NCBI GenBank assembly: GCA_051313645.2
Contig: JBNRSN020000029.1
Coordinates: 21,514,001-21,578,000 of the forward strand
Direction of reading: 5' to 3'
DNA from: Centroscyllium fabricii
Lineage: Eukaryota
Length of the DNA: 64,000 nt
This document shows positions 62,747 to 64,000 of the stretch, piece by piece (within the stretch, counting starts at the first letter, position 1; the number at the start of each line of letters is the position of its first letter). The translations under genes were made by a program, and so were the position numbers. The notes below the pieces were generated by a model, which worked only from the letters and a program-made list of their open reading frames with translations, had not been told where the DNA came from and made no database searches.

Positions 62747-63692
62747 AAGCAAATTATAACGACTCTTTCACCATTGCGGAACAAGTCGGGTATATGCTGA
62801 GGAGTTTGAGTGCCTGCACAAACACTTTTATTTATGCAGTGTCCCAGAGCAAATTTAGAGAGGAAATAATGAATGTGATTCAGCGTCCCCAGTCCTTCAT
62901 TACTAATTTAATCAAACAAGTTAAATAGTCCACGGAACTAAAATGTAATTATATCCATCGAAAGTGAGTAGTGTTTGTTCATTTAACGTCTAGAAACGGG
63001 AATGTTTAAAGGAAATGGAAGCCGCCATCTGTTCCCCATATTAGTTGTCATATTGCAGGGGATAATAGTAACTTTTGCCAAAATTGTAAGACAAGCGATA
63101 TCGGATCTGAGCAAACAAATAAGACCTTTTCAGGTTCAAAATAAAATCAATTAGCCAAAGATATTTGTTGCTTTTATTTATCCAAACACAACATCGGTTT
63201 TCTTAAAATATCCAACAACACTGCTCCCGTCAGTAGCACATGAAGTTTTCTGTTGAAACGGCCAGCTATTCCTATCAAATAATTACGTTTGTAAATGATC
63301 CCGGGCGTATGATTTTTTCAGGGAAAAGCTCCTGCCTGAGCTGTCATTTTCGCCCAACTTCAGATTGACAACTTTGTTCAAAAAAGATATTAACACTTTA
63401 GACTTTGGAATCAAAAGCACAATTTCTAAATTTGCGGAGGCCTGCAATTTCGGAGATAGGTTAGAGAATACGGAGGAGAACTGCAACATATTGCAAAAAG
63501 ACATTAAGGAATTGTAGAATTGGCATACGAATCTCAGATTAAATTTTACATAGGTAAGTGTGAGGTATCACATTTTGGTGAGATGAATTATCCGCAATTT
63601 ACTTAGACAATAAGAATCTAAACGGTGAATTGGAGCAAAGCGATCAGGGAGTAAAACAACCCCAAATCACTTAGATTTGCGACACAGATCAG

Positions 63693-63898
63693 TGTTAAGA
63701 CTTAGCCATTGCTAATAAGGAAGACTCAGGAGCCAACAGAGCATCGACTTGTTTATTAGACTGCTCGAGGAATACAAGAGACTGGTGCTGAGATATCCCT
63801 GCATGCACCATGTGGACTATACCATTACAGACATAGAGCAGGTGGGGAATCATAGACCATACCACGTATTACAAACACATCACATCTCCTCCCCTCTT
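63693..63898 (-). mobile_element. Probable 3' LTR (63693-63884) and PPT (63885-63898) of a third LTR element extending beyond the window
   Basis: Homology to unit A stops at 63692. The segment reads TGTT...CACA, has a minus-strand AATAAA near 63752, and abuts minus-strand AAGAGGGGAGGAGA. Confidence 0.6.
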
Positions 63899-64000
63899 AC
63901 AATGAACGTCAAATTAACAATATTAACAAAATTAAATACGATTAACAATACTAACAATCAATACAATTTAACAATATTGACTAAATTATACATATTGACA

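Larger units (their letters stand above)
53364..62928 (+). pseudogene. GPR139-like class A GPCR pseudogene, copy B (exon 1 53364-53433; exon 2 57595-58313 plus 62747-62928), split by an LTR element
   Basis: MGQPVIIQIENIFYPILATVGVP with G|GTAAG donor; acceptor TTTTTTGCAG ending 57594; ANFLAIVILSGGKCGLSKCITRYLVAM...DCSVWLTVAFTFDRFVAIC.... Stops TGA 58215-58217 and TAG 58269-58271. C-terminus ...CTNTFIYAVSQSKFREE...KQVK* follows the element. Confidence 0.92.
46099..63692 (+). repeat. Segmental duplication unit B (paralogous to 11923-34250)
   Basis: Collinear homology blocks as listed for unit A, including promoter, both receptor exons and downstream flank. Confidence 0.9.

Overview
AT-rich vertebrate genomic DNA, most likely from a cartilaginous fish. 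The inference rests on HE1-type V-SINEs sharing their 3' tail with CR1 LINEs and on the GPR139-like receptor family expanded in sharks. I found no intact host gene. The backbone is an old tandem segmental duplication (unit A ~11.9-34.3 kb, unit B ~46.1-63.7 kb). Each unit carries a two-exon GPR139-like class A GPCR pseudogene, a third inverted receptor remnant lies at ~3.8-4.3 kb, and a TRIM B30.2/PRY-SPRY pseudogene lies between the units. Each unit has gained different mobile elements. Four features stand out. (1) A young 3.17-kb non-autonomous chromovirus-type LTR element (7272-10441, TSD GTAAT) encodes one in-frame Gag-protease-chromodomain-acidic-tail fusion with no RT, RNase H or integrase core, and has an 11-nt Tf1-type self-priming site instead of a tRNA PBS. 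(2) A full-length CR1 LINE (17126-22843) begins with ~6 tandem 226-bp monomers, each holding a GC box and a TATA box, with the element start 31 nt downstream of the TATA position. (3) A GC/CpG-rich CsRn1-like Ty3/Gypsy element with an open 1275-aa gag-pol ORF and a tRNA-Trp PBS is inserted in the coding exon of receptor B. (4) Fold-back MITEs sit in both receptor introns. All calls were made by eye without database searches, and fragment boundaries are approximate unless TSDs or termini are given.
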